DNA of 64,000 nucleotides from the human T2T-CHM13v2.0 reference genome, Homo sapiens, in NCBI RefSeq assembly GCF_009914755.1, contig NC_060936.1, one strand, 5' to 3'. The notes beneath the pieces are model-generated. The model did no database searches. It was not told where the DNA came from and saw only the letters and a program-made list of their open reading frames with translations. Made by a program: the position numbers and the translations under genes. Shown in pieces: positions 33,633 through 52,783 of the stretch (positions within the stretch are counted from its first letter, which is position 1; the number at the start of each line of letters is the position of its first letter).

Positions 33633-36600
33633 TATTTCAAATGCATTTTACCACTGTACATTTAGTAAAGAGGAACTTCATTTTAGTTCTGAGCAGAGAG
33701 CATTGGAATAGATTATGAAACAAAATAATTTAATGGAAAGAAGTAATCAACACATGGAAAAAGTTTATTTTAGAATGTCCTGCATTTTAAATAAGACAAA
33801 TATAAATGGACAACTGGTAAACTTGTCAATAATTTTTGTTAGTATTTCGCACTATAATGACTTTGTGGAAATTTCTGTTTCTGTTGCAACCCTCAAGATA
33901 TCTCTTTTATTCTTTCACAGCATGATAAAAAGAGCCTATTATAATTTGGTGACAAAGTCACTTATTTATATGGATTAGGAATCTAGATATAGTAACAAAT
34001 TTAACACCTCTTTAATAAACTTAGTCTTTCTGTCTCTACACATAATAAATGGATTTTCCAGGACATGGAAACTGATTTTTTTTCCATACAAGATTATTAA
34101 AATACGTATGATATGGAAACATTCTATTGTTTTTGCCATAAGCTAAATGATAAAGATAAAACTCTGTGATATCATTACACTTAATAGAATTAGAATATTT
34201 CTAATATTTTTAATAACAAGTTTTAAGAGTATTCAATAAAGCAGTTAACTTTTTCTCTTTAGCAAGACACTTATAATAGTTACATAGTATAATTTTGAGA
34301 TAAAATTTCTTTTAAAGACTTCAGTTTCAGATTAAGACAAAAGGCATGAGTGTCAGAAAGACAACCAAAACAAGAATACTAAGTAATTGTTGTGAATTTC
34401 TTACCTTTTAGTGAACATATTTTAAATGAATGCAAGCTGTATGAGGATTTTAATTATTTAATTTTTGTAGCAGTCTTCATCAAATATAAGAATTAGTAAT
34501 CTTGGGAAGTAATAACTTACAGTAAACATTTTAGTATAGTTTCTTATCCATTCTTGGAATATCACTGATGAAATGATACCTGAATTCTAATTTTTACTTA
34601 TGTTGTAACATCAGTGTATATTTCATAATTTATTGTCCTTCAGTGGGGAAAGAACAGTTTTGATGCTCTCAGTACTTGAAAAGGCGGTATTTATAAATGC
34701 AGAATGATGACTCATATAGTTAATTAAATCAAAGTTCTTTATACATTCGAAATTCAAGAAGACAAATTTCCCTGTTGAAGAAATGATCCAATTTATGCAA
34801 AATGTACAGCATGAAAAAGTATGCAGCAACAGGTTTTAAATGTTATTTTTGCTTTGTGTGATAGATGTACCATGATGAAAATAGAACAAAATATAATATT
34901 AAGCCAAGTTGCTCACATATTTCTTACTTTATCCCATGGGAACACATTGCTATCTGGGTAGCAAGTAGAAGAGTCAGAGCAGAAGAGACAAATTTTTTCA
35001 AAAGTTCCTGGTTCTAGGCCAACACCAACCCAAAATTAACCACAATTATAGAAGAAAAAACATTCATAATCATGATCTGCTAAGACTGAAAGGAGATGTT
35101 TCTGGCACTTTGAGATACTGTAGAAATAAAGGATCAGAGATGTCCTTGAAATTTACAATTGCATTGGAAATTATTGAGTCAGACAAGATGATATCCTGTC
35201 AATTTTAATGTTTCTAACATTGGCTAAGTGGAGTTACAATTATTCTCTCCTATACAAGTAATATTTCAAATCTCATTGGGTCTGAATAGTTGTTAGCAAT
35301 ATTGTTTATGTTCATTTCCCTATTTGTTCAGATATTTTATTTGGTGCAGGACATTTTAATGCCTTTACAATATTTTGTGCAAGAAAATAATGTTCACTTT
35401 TTCACTTTTATAATTGTGGAACTAAGGCACAGAAATCTTAAGTAATAGAACAAAAACCAGTGATAAATCAGTAACAGACTCGAACTAGTTAGCTCCTTTG
35501 TTTCCTAACTTTAGTGACAAAAAGAAAAAATTCTGTAGAAGCAATGGAGGTGCAATGATATTCAACACAGACCACTCTGTTGTTGCTTTAAAAATTTTAA
35601 CTTTCCCTGTGATTGAGTTACATAAGAAATGACTCGGGGTTATTCATGTAGTAGGGCTACACCTCAGGCTTATAGAAATCTTTTTTCTTTTTATATCTCC
35701 TGCACAGATAACCATGTCAAAATCTTTAAAAGAATGTAGCAATGGCTGGAAAGAAGTTTTTACTTGTTCTCATTTCTAGCTTTGCTTTCTTCCTTCCCAG
35801 CTCAATACACAGAAAGAAAATGCTTGGCTAGGCCCATGAACTCTAAGTTGTCTTCAAAACATAGAGCAACACAGGAAAAAAAAAAGAAAAAAAAACCAAA
35901 CCAAACCAAACCAAAACCAAAACCAAAACGAGTTGGAGAAGAGAGTAAGAAACATTAAAAAATTTTTCTGAGCTCCAGTCTGCAGCTCCCAGCATGATTG
36001 ATGCAGAAGATGGGTGATTTCTGCATTTCCAACTGAGGTACCTGGTTCATCCCACTAGGACTGGTTGGACAGTGGATGCAGCCCACGGAGGGCGAGCTGA
36101 AGCAGGGCAGGGTGTCGCCTCACCTGGGAAGTGCAAGGGGTTGGGGGATTTCCCTTTCCTAGCCAAGGGAAGCCATGACAGACTACCTGGAAAAACGGGT
36201 CACTCCCGCCCAAATACTGTGCTTTGCCCAAAGTCTTAGCAACCGGCAGACAAGGTGATTCTCTCCCCTGCTTGGCTCAGCGGGTCCCACGCTGACAGAG
36301 CCTTGCTCACTGCTAGTGCAGCAGTCTGAAATCGATATGTGAGGCTGCAGCCTGGCTGGGGGAGGGGCGTCCACCATTGCTGAGGCTTGAGTAGGTAAAC
36401 AAAGCAGCTGGGAAGCTCGAACTGGGTGGAGCCTACCACAGCTCAACAAGTCCTACTGCCTCTAGACTCCACCTCAGTGGGCAGGGCATAGCTGAACAAA
36501 AGGCAGCAGAAAACTTCTGCAGACTTAAACATCCCTGTCTGACAGCTCTGAAGAGAGCAGTGGTTCTCCCAGCACGGCGTTTGAGCTCTGAGAATAGACA

Positions 36601-36973
36601 GACTGCCTCCTCAAGTGGGTCCCTGACCCCTGTGTAGCCTAACTAGGAGACACTTCCCAGTAGGGGCCGACAGACACCTCATATAGGTGGCTGACCCTCT
36701 GGGATGAAGCTTCCAGAGGAAGGATCAGGTAGTAGTATTTGCTGTTCGGCAATATTTGCTGTTCTACAGCCTCTGCTGGTGATAACCAGGCAAACGGTCT
36801 GGAGTGGAACTTCAGCAAACTCCAACAGACCTGCAGCTGGGAGACCTGACTGTCAGAAGGAAAACTAACAAACAGAAAGGAATAGCATCAACATCAACAA
36901 AAAGGTCATCTACACCAAAACCCCATCTGTAGGTCACCAACATCAAAGACCAAAGGTAAATAAAACCACAAAG

Positions 36974-37993
36974 ATGGGGAGAAACCAGAGCAGAAAAGCT
37001 GAAAGTTCTAAAAATCAGAGTGCCTCTTCTCCTCCGAAGGATTGCAGCTCCTTGCCAACAACGGAACAAAGCTGGACAGATAATGACTTTGATGAGTTGA
37101 CAGAAGCAGGCTTCAGAAGGTTGGTAATAACAGACTTCTCCAAGCTAAAGGAGGATGTTCGAACCCATTGCAAGGAAGCTAAAAACCTTGAAAAAAGATT
37201 AGACGAATGGCTAACTAGAATAAACAGTGTAGAGAAGACCTTAAATGACCTAATGGAGCTGAAAACCATGGCATGAGAACTTCTTGACTTATGCACAAGC
37301 TTCAATAGCTGATTTGATCAAGTGGAAGAAAGGGTATCAGTGATTGAAGATCAAATTAATGAAATGAAGCGAGAAGTTTAGAGAAAAAAGAGTAAAAAGA
37401 AACGAACAAAGCCTCCAAGAAATATGGGACTATATGAAAAGACCAAATCTGCATTTGATTGGTGTACCTGAAAGTGATGGGGAGAATGGAACCAAGTTGG
37501 AAAACACTTCTCAGGATATTATCCAGGAGAACTTCCCCAACCTAGCAAGGCAGGCCAACATTCAAATTCAGGAAATACGGAGAACACCACAAAGATACTC
37601 CTTGAGAAAAGCAATCCCAAGACACATAATTGTCAGATTCAACAAGGTTGAAATGAAGGAAAAAGTGTTAAGGCAGCCAGAGAGAAAGGTCAAGTTACTA
37701 ACAAAGGAAAGCCCATCAGACTAACAGCAGATCTCTTGGCAGAAACCCTACAAGCCAGAAGAAAGTGGGTCCCAATATTCAACATTCTTAAAAAAAAGAA
37801 TTTTCAACCCAGAATTTCATATCCAGCCAAACTAAACTTCATAAGTGAAGGAGAAATAAAATCCTTTACAGACAAGCAAATGCTGAGAGATTTTGTCACC
37901 ACCAGGCCTGCCTTACAAGAGCTCATGAAGGAAGCACTAAACATGGAAAGGAACAATTGGTACCAGCCACTGCAAAAACATGCCAAATTGTAA
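36974..37993 (+). pseudogene. L1PA6 ORF1p remnant
   Basis: MGRNQSRKAE start; fragments 36974-37276, 37434-37724 and 37736-37993 separated by stops/frameshifts. Confidence 0.92.
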
Positions 37994-38056
37994 AGACCAT
38001 TGATGCTATGAAGAAACTGCATCAATTAATGGGCAAAGTAACCAGCAAACATCATA

Positions 38057-41855
<3,799 letters not shown>

Positions 41856-43572
41856 ACAATGAGATCACTTGGACACAGGGTGGGGAACATCACACACCAG
41901 GGCCTGTCTGGTGGTGGAGGGCTGGGAGAGGGATAGCATTAGGAGAAATATCTCATGTAAATGATGAGTTCATGGGTGTAGCAAACCAACATGGCACATG
42001 TATACCTATGTATCAAACCTGCACATTGTGCACATGTACCCTAGAACTTAAAGTATAATAAAAAAATTTTTCTGATCCTGCTGACTCATTCCCATTAAGA
42101 TCGTCTTCTGATTCTTAATAAGTCAATTGTAGATTTTCTTTTAAGCTCTGCTGAAGTGGTCCCATACTTGTTTTCATAGTTAATGTGCAGTATTTCTTTA
42201 CTAGAACTCTTAAATTAGGTTTTATGTTAGTGGTAACTTAACAAAATTTCAAGTATGGAGGAAAATGAAAAAGAGATCCAGAAATAAATGGCACTGACTG
42301 CGAGTTGTATTATTGGACATTCTATTATTAAAACTTAATTTTAATGGAATCAAGGAGTGGGCAACATCAAAAGAAGAATGTTATTAAATTTTAAGCTCCT
42401 TCAGCAGAGTGATTTAATACACTTATTTCACTCTTTGGCAAAATTTATTTATTCCTATAGATTTAGGTAGATGGGTATGGAAAAATCAACAGTGCTTTTC
42501 TTTTCTTCACCTATTAAGCTTTACCTTCAAGTGAATTGGGTCATCACTATCAAATCAGAGAAGGATAAAAGTATTAAAGAATTTAAAGAAATATCATCTT
42601 TACTTTCTGCACTTATATGGCATCACTCTTTACCATCATTCTCCATAAAGGAGAAACTCTTTTGTTTTTAGATGCCTCTGAAAGGAAAAAAAAGTTCTAT
42701 GATCAGTTGTATGTGAGATTGGCTAAGCATCTAGTACATGTAGGAGATGTGATATTGGTTCTCTGAGACCTCATGTTTCAAAAAGAAATATTAAAATGCA
42801 GAGTCAGGAGCTGTTCTTATCCCTGTATTTCCTTTCCTTCTTCATGTATGCAGGATCAAAGTAATCTAGTTGACAGGTGGGCAAAACAAAAGGTACAGCT
42901 GCCTCAGTATGAAGAACTTTATCCATTGTCAAATTCCATTCTTTTCGGTTCTTGCTAAACCCTTCCAGGTCTTTTGCTGCACTGTTTCTCCCAACTGACC
43001 TTCCTGTTCAAGTGAAAGTTCTATCCTGACATTTTAATTCGTTAGCCTTTTGCCGGTTTTTTTTTTTTTTTTCTTTTTGGTCCAAATCCCTGAACGACTT
43101 TAGATGAAAAAGTAAAACTAATTTGGGCTTAAGCTGTAGGGGAAATTAATGAAAACATACTGGACAAATGAATTTATACTACATTATTTACTTAACACCC
43201 TTTTCTTCACTCTAGCATATTTATATTTCCATTCACCTTTGCATATCTCAAGCTTCTTGGCTAACTTTTCTGATGATGTTTATAATTCCAGCTCTCAGAT
43301 GTCTGAAGGATATTTGCAAACATTCACTACTCCCGTAGAATCAGTGACCACCACTGTGTCTCATTACTATTCCAAGAGTTACTAAGTCTCCCTTGTTATG
43401 CTGATGTGGTATTCAGTCTTTATTTTCTTTAACTCTGGAAATTGGAACTCCTATCACCCCATTATTCCTGATACTAATTTGTCATCATTCTTAGACCTTC
43501 CCAACTGTAACTTATTGTCTTCTCCATTCCCCTTCTGTAGTCCACTAGGCACTGAAAAATGGAAACATCTAG

Positions 43573-44148
<576 letters not shown>

Positions 44149-45645
44149 TAATAGATTGCAGTTAGTCAATAAGTGATGAACAAACACATTTATAAATGGA
44201 TTTTTAAACGCTAATTATTTTTACATTATAATGTCACTCAATAAACATTTATGGAATACTTACCAGGTACAATGCACTGGACTGTAAATTGTAGGATGAA
44301 TAAATGCTTTATTCCAAGGAATTCACCGTCATAGATATTCCTGAATACTAGGATTAAAAGGGACCATGAAGACTTTCTAGTTCAGCCCCCTCATTTTGCA
44401 TACATGAGAAACAAGAAATAGGGAAGTTATACATTTTGCAATGTTAAAAAGCTATTAAGTAGGGAAGCGTGGACTCTAAAATACAATGGGAAAGACAAGC
44501 ATGCTTAGAAATAATTTAAGTACATGGCAGATGTGTGATGTGGGCTATGACAGAAACACAAATAATGGTTCCATGGTTATATGGGATTCATGTTGTATGA
44601 TCAAAAGAGCTGCACCATGAAGGCCATTCCAGATTACCATTTACTATATGACCTAAAAGTCACTTAAAGACAGAGACTAAGATTTTTTATCTGTAAAAAT
44701 TATAGAATAATAAAGATCTTGCAATATTGTGTGAGTTTTAGAAACAAAATGAGCACTTAATAATAGTAGTTACTATTTTGTGATGAGGGTATAGCATTCC
44801 ACAAATTTAAACAAGTAACAAATCAGATTTTATTATAAGCCAAATGTATGTGTCTATATTTACATATAGACACAGACATACACTCGGTATTAATTCATTT
44901 TAAACTTAAAAAGTTATATTTGTGTATGGTGTCTTACTGCAAACCTAATAACAGTTGAAATATTCCTACTAACCAAGGGTTAGAAGGCAGCCTACCCATG
45001 ACAGAGGAAAGCCTGGACCAGAGATTGAAAACTAGACTTCAGCTTGGTAAGAAATGTATTTGATAGAATGAGGGGAGATTAAAATTGAAGGGCAAGTGGT
45101 TTATCTCCCCTTCATAAACAGAAGTATGTCTAGCTTGGTACAGTCCTAGGACAAAAGTAAAAAAACAGAAGTTCAATAGAAATGTGATGAAAATAAGTCA
45201 GCTAAATGAGGAATGAAGTTGAAATCATGCCTCAGCGTTACATAACTTCAGTGGTATAGTTCACAGTCAGAAAGCACAGCTTCCTAAAATTGGCAAAGTT
45301 ATCTATCTTAAAGCTTTATGCAAACTGTATTACAAAGCACAGTTTCATTGTCCAAGGAATAAGTGGCAATTCATTCTTTTATAGAACAACACCATCTTTT
45401 CTTCCTCCTACAATTTTTTAATTCATATGGTTTGTAGGACATTAATTAAAACTATGCAGCTTTTAATCAAAGTGGAGGGGGGAATATGTAGATTCTTGCT
45501 GACTTTTGGCTTTGTAAACAAGAAATAAGCAGTTCTAAGATAATTGTTAATTTTTCACAATTCTTTTTCTATCTGAATGATAAATTATTCTCAAGAAATA
45601 GCAGTTCTAGAAAGGATGTCTAGCAGATTAAAAACAGCAAATAAT

Positions 45646-46018
<373 letters not shown>

Positions 46019-46217
46019 TCAAAGACAACCTCCAATTTTTTGATAAGTGACAGAGTCCTTCACTACAGCAGGAAACACTGGAGAAGTGAGTTTGGCTTTT
46101 GTCATGGTCAGATGCTTTTGGGACATCCACATGAACCTGCCAATTACATGGCGGGATACAGGATTCAAACTCAGTGGAATGGGGAGGGGGAGAGCATGGA
46201 TTAAATATGGACAATGA

Positions 46218-47340
<1,123 letters not shown>

Positions 47341-48920
47341 AGGCAGCATGGTTTCTGACAATCTTCATGGGCCATTTGAAGGTTCTCTTCTCAGCACTAA
47401 ATTTACTACACATATAATTTTTTAATGAATGAGCTGAAAGACCATAAATTATTTTATAAAGAAGTGCTTGGTGAGCATCCTCTAACAAAAGAAAAGTGAA
47501 TCATTGTTTGTTTTATATGCTACAAAAAGTCAAAGAAAGAAGTGGGGAATACTTAGTCCTAACAAACATCCCTGTGGGCAATATCAAGCAGAAATAATAA
47601 GAATAGCAAATATTCCTAGAAAACTGTTAGTCCTGTAAGGGTTAAAAATCAGTGTTTGGAAATAGGCAAAATTTTCTTCATGTACAGGTGTGAGAATAGC
47701 AAATATAACTGACCTAAATGAGCTAAAGAACCTTAGTTTTGGTGTCTACATCACAGCTAATTAAGAGTTCTAGCCTCCAGCGGTCAAATCAAGTTTGCCA
47801 TGGGGTGAGCTTTTAGTCAGAATCAATTGCATGTGTTTAAGAAGAACATGGAAATGATTGAAATTAATATCATTTATTAAATTGAGGATGAAATTCTTAT
47901 TACCTTGTATGGTATAAGTGATCCATCATTCATTTTATGAAAAATGTGAACAACTTTACTTCCTCATTGCCATATTTCTGAGAAAAATATTTGAAGATTC
48001 AGAATCATTAAGCAAGAATTCCCTAGTATACTCACTTGATACTATCATGTTAAACCATATCTGTTTCTCATTCTTTTGTCAGAGGTAGGTTCTCTACAGG
48101 TGATGGCTAATGCCCATCTTTAATTCTATCAAATATCCAAGGGCTGAAATTGGTCTGATGTTGAGGTATGCAGACAGGGGGAGGGAAGAGATGTGCATAT
48201 GGCCTGATACAGATAAACGGTATTTTCCCCCCTGTATGTGCTGAGCCAAGCTGTCCTTACTTGTTAACTTCAGGTATTTTTAGAATAAATATTCTTCATC
48301 CTTGGTATAAACAATTGCTTGCTAGTGTCTCTTTTCCTTCGGGAGATGAAGTTATAATGGGAATCTGAGTATATTGGTTGATGCAAAAACAAACAAGGAA
48401 ACAACAACCCCGCCCCCCGCAAGAAAAGGAAAAAAAAAAAGAAAAAAAGCTAAGCATAAAAATGCTAACAGTAAATGTAAACCGTAATATTGTTTTTTTT
48501 TTTTTATTTTGAAGTGTAACACATTGTAAACCCATGCAAGGAAGTTCAGAGTTCACTATATATTTTGGATGAAAGAACTTATTTTAATGCACATATCCAT
48601 AATGTGATAATTTTAATGACAGAGCCTGAGAGATCCAAACCCCATCACAGTCTCTTTTCCTTCCTTCTTTTTCTAAACTGATTTCCTTTTTTTAAAAAAA
48701 TTCAGCAACATCAACTTTAATGTGGTCATTGATTTCCCATGGGCTAAGCTTTCAGAGAAATATACCAGGGTATGTTCACAGCTGATCACAAAGAACCTTC
48801 TCTCAAATGAAATTTGTAAAGTGAAAGCAACAGTGTTACTCTTTCCAGAGGTTACTTACCTCTTCTATTCCCAGGACTAAGAGAAAATCATCAGCTGCTA
48901 AAATAAAAAGAGTAAGTGCT

Positions 48921-48960
48921 ATTATTTATTTATTTATTTGTTTATTTATTTATTTATTTT
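48921..48960. repeat. (ATTT)n microsatellite
   Basis: About 10 units with one interruption. Confidence 0.9.
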
Positions 48961-49117
48961 GGCAAGCAGGGCTTTATGCAGGAGAACTTAGAATAAGTCA
49001 GCACAAACATAAAAGTCTTTTTTTCAACTGATTAATTCCTAGGTACTGTAACATAATTGAATCTGGGGCTCATGGAGTTCAGGCCTGACAAGGTGTAACA
49101 TTTAAAGACCTATAATA

Positions 49118-49478
<361 letters not shown>

Positions 49479-49752
49479 TTACTCAAAGCATGTAGAATAT
49501 TACAAGGTATCCAGTTTATAACCCCACCCCTAATAAAATTTTTCATGCCTTATTCTAGAGAACCCCATTCCAGAGGATCTCAGTAATCGGCACCCTTCCC
49601 TCAAACTCCTCCAAATATCTCAGTCTGCACTGAGATCTTAACATAGACTTTTGATAAATCACTTCTCTCCTCCTCCTGCCTATTATCTATATTTCTCCAT
49701 ATATATTTTTTGATATCATAAAAGTTCTAGGTGTTCCTGGGAGAATATATAT

Positions 49753-49892
<140 letters not shown>

Positions 49893-50623
49893 AAATTCTT
49901 CTCCCAAACCCATATAAGCCTTCTATTACGGCTCACAACAAGTTATCATTTTCCTAGGTTTTAAGGAAATTATTTATTGTGACCCTAAGTGTTTCCAGTC
50001 CCATGTTCATTACTCAACAACATGTATTGAGCATTTACCATGTGTGAGTCCTTGTGTAAAGTATTCTTTGCTAGACCCTGGAAGGAACACAGAGAGGAAT
50101 AATTTGAAATAGTTTGCCTTTAAGGAGCTCCAGGTCTAGTGGGAAATAAAAATAAGAGGATTCATAATCATAATGTAAAAATAAGGAAATGTGTGTTAAG
50201 ATGGAGATATACTCTATTTTATTATTTTTTTCATAAATACCTTAAGACAACACTGATTGATTGAAAGTTCTTCCAACTAAGTGCATGAGAAGAGCAAGAA
50301 AAAGAGTAAGTGGGTCAGATTGTAACCCACTGGAGTTGTGAATATTTATATTTGATTTATTTGCTATGATTTAGAGAGTAGAGATTATTTACACAAAATT
50401 TAAATAAATTAATTCTTTATTGTTTCATTTCAAACCTTAACATATACTGAGTGTCAGCAAATATTTAAATGCTGTCTTGATAACTAATTATTTGGCTCTT
50501 TAATGTGTACTTCTGTTGTGATTATAGTTAAGAAATAGAAATTATAAAGAGCAAGTACTTCATGCTCATTTTTAAATAAATGTACCGAATTAATATATGA
50601 TGCTGTGACTCTAGGCACACTTT

Positions 50624-51930
50624 GTTTTTTCACCTTAAACAAAGGTATGATTTATGTAAATTTAAAACAATGGTAAGAGTTTCTAATGTACATAGGCAGA
50701 CATCCTTAAACATGGAGATTTCCTTAATAGATGTAATTATTTTTTACAAAAGGGTTTTAAGATAGCCAATTAAATTCCAGAAAGGTGTATTTTAGTTTGA
50801 TAGGTGTTCTTTTTAACTTAGCTACTGTTTCTTAGCTAAAATTACTGAGTTAAGGGTGGAACCCATCAAGGAATAGGGCAAAGAAGGCATTCCCTAGGCC
50901 TGGACTCAGCATGGATAGATCTGAAAAAGAAGCAAGCCTATTTTACCTGAGGGCCTACCTTTTATAAGCACTTTCTCTAGGATAGTTTTCTTTTCACCTT
51001 CGGGGCAGGATAGTAACTAAGCCAAAAGGTTAGCAGATTTAATTTTTCTTATCAGTTAGTCACTTAAGCTTTTTATTTGTTTTTAAATAAAAATATTGAA
51101 ATCGTTTTAAAAGCTTCTGCCTCTCAATAGGCATCCCTAGATAAGACACTAGTTTGAGAGCCCTCATTTTCAAATGTGCTTCTTCAGTACAGTTTGTTCA
51201 TTTGGAATCTTCCACTGTAAGTAATCTTTAGTAAGATTTTACGATTTCTCTAAGACTTTGCTGCTTCCAGGGCCTAATACTTATTTATGCATGTGTAAGC
51301 TGGAAGGTACTCAGTTCTCCAGAAACTAAGGATTCCATTTTTACCTCACATATTTACCTTGGTTTTCAGATCTCCTTGATTAACTTAGCCAATGATTTTT
51401 TTCCTACCCAAGCATGCAAGAAAAAGAAAGGTGGTAGAACACAAAAATTCCTGCAAACTTTTAAAAGCCAAAGTTTATACCCTCTGCGATACTGCCATTT
51501 ACTACCAGTTTCTTTCTGATCCAGTCAGACATAAGAGGCCTCTTTTATGGATCTAAGCCAGTTAATATAGAATCCAATCCTGGACTCAGTCCAGTTTCTG
51601 TCACAACTTCCAAACCCAGTTTGGATCAGAATTTGTTCAAAGAAACTTGGAGAGCTCAAAACAAAACTCTATGGGGCTTCAGAGTCTGAGAGAGAACTTA
51701 CCATGTTCCCAGTGCTGTGAGAGAGCAATGGAGACAAATGGGTGCAGTGGGTACCTTTCTTGGTCACTCAGCACTCCTGGGTGTCATTAGAAGCTGTACT
51801 TCAGATCCCACTTCTGACACATCTGTGAAAAGAAAATTCTTAGCTGAATAAAATTTAACAGAGTTTAATTGAGCAAAGAATGATTCACGAATTTGGCAGC
51901 CTCTTGAGCCAGAGGAGGCTCAGAGAGACC
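50624..51930 (-). mobile_element. ERV1 MER57A-like fragment: LTR 3' end (51824-51930), PBS, ~1.2 kb leader/internal; TSD-flanked
   Basis: LTR end ...ttgctcaattaaactctgttaaatt...ttttcaca on minus; 15-bp direct repeat ctctaggcacacttt at 50609-50623 and 51931-51945. Confidence 0.8.
51805..51821 (-). promoter_or_regulatory. Retroviral primer-binding site complementary to tRNA-Leu
   Basis: Plus strand atcccacttctgacaca equals the tRNA-Leu 3' end ATCCCACTTCTGACACCA minus one C; lies 2 nt from the LTR end. Confidence 0.85.
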
Positions 51931-52674
51931 CTCTAGGCACACTTTTCTAATGGCACTTTTGCTCTTTTTGCACTTGGGTATTCTAGGTAAGTACTATTTT
52001 CTCTCCCCTCTGTGTTCTTCTATTCCTACCCCAAAGCAATCATTGCTTACCTTGTGTCTGTCATCAATTTATTCTTTCCTCTGACTACCCGTCTTTAATC
52101 CACAACTGTCCCCTGGACCATTTCCCCAGAGACCAGCTCTGTCATTGCCCAGGGCTGTGTTTGGCAGTTAGATTTTGGACGTGTAGAATCCTGAAGGTGT
52201 TGATGATATTGCTGATACATGTATAATTTAGGGAAACCATAGATTCTCTCCCTCAATAATAATACCATAACACCACACAGCTTTATTAGGTGCACAGACT
52301 TAACTTTGATTCTATTTGAAGCTCTCCTTAAAACAGATCTTTTGCCTTTTTTTTTTTTAACCTATTCCTTAGTTTGTTGAAATCAAAAATTTCATGGTGC
52401 CACCTCTCTCATCTTCCCTGCCTTCATTCAAAAACACATTGTTAAGGGTTCATGGGCAGCATGGCAAATCAGATTTTAATTACTTAACTGCTTCATGTGA
52501 TAGTCTTATCAGTAACATGTTCATGTTCTAATAGAGCTTTGATCAATTTAATAAGCAGTCACACTTCATAAGGATTAAATGTAAGCTTTCCTCCCCCAAA
52601 AATTGTTACCAACAGTGCCTTGTCAAATCCCTTTCCATCTGGAGAAGGTGCTCCCTTAGAAGCATGGCAATCTG

Positions 52675-52783
52675 ATTTCTAGCCTTTTGCTAGAAATAAA
52701 TACCATGTTTCTAGCCATTTGCTAGAAATAAATACCATATTTCTAGCCATTTGCTAGAAATAAATACCATAAATAAATACCAT
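52675..52783. repeat. Tandem array: 3 x 32 bp plus a 13-bp partial unit, each full unit with an 8-9-bp hairpin
   Basis: [a/g]tttctagcc[t/a]tttgctagaaataaataccat at 52675, 52707 and 52739, then aaataaataccat. Confidence 0.97.

Noticed and set aside
34625-34830. Plus-strand acceptor ttgtccttcag followed by exon-like sequence
   Set aside because: Stops occur in all three frames within ~65 nt and the donor is weak.
51805-51821. tRNA-Leu gene
   Set aside because: Only the 3' ~17 nt match, directly beside an LTR. It is a PBS, with no cloverleaf.
52675-52783. 32-bp palindromic repeats superficially like a CRISPR array
   Set aside because: Units are head-to-tail with no unique spacers, there are no cas genes, and the DNA is primate.
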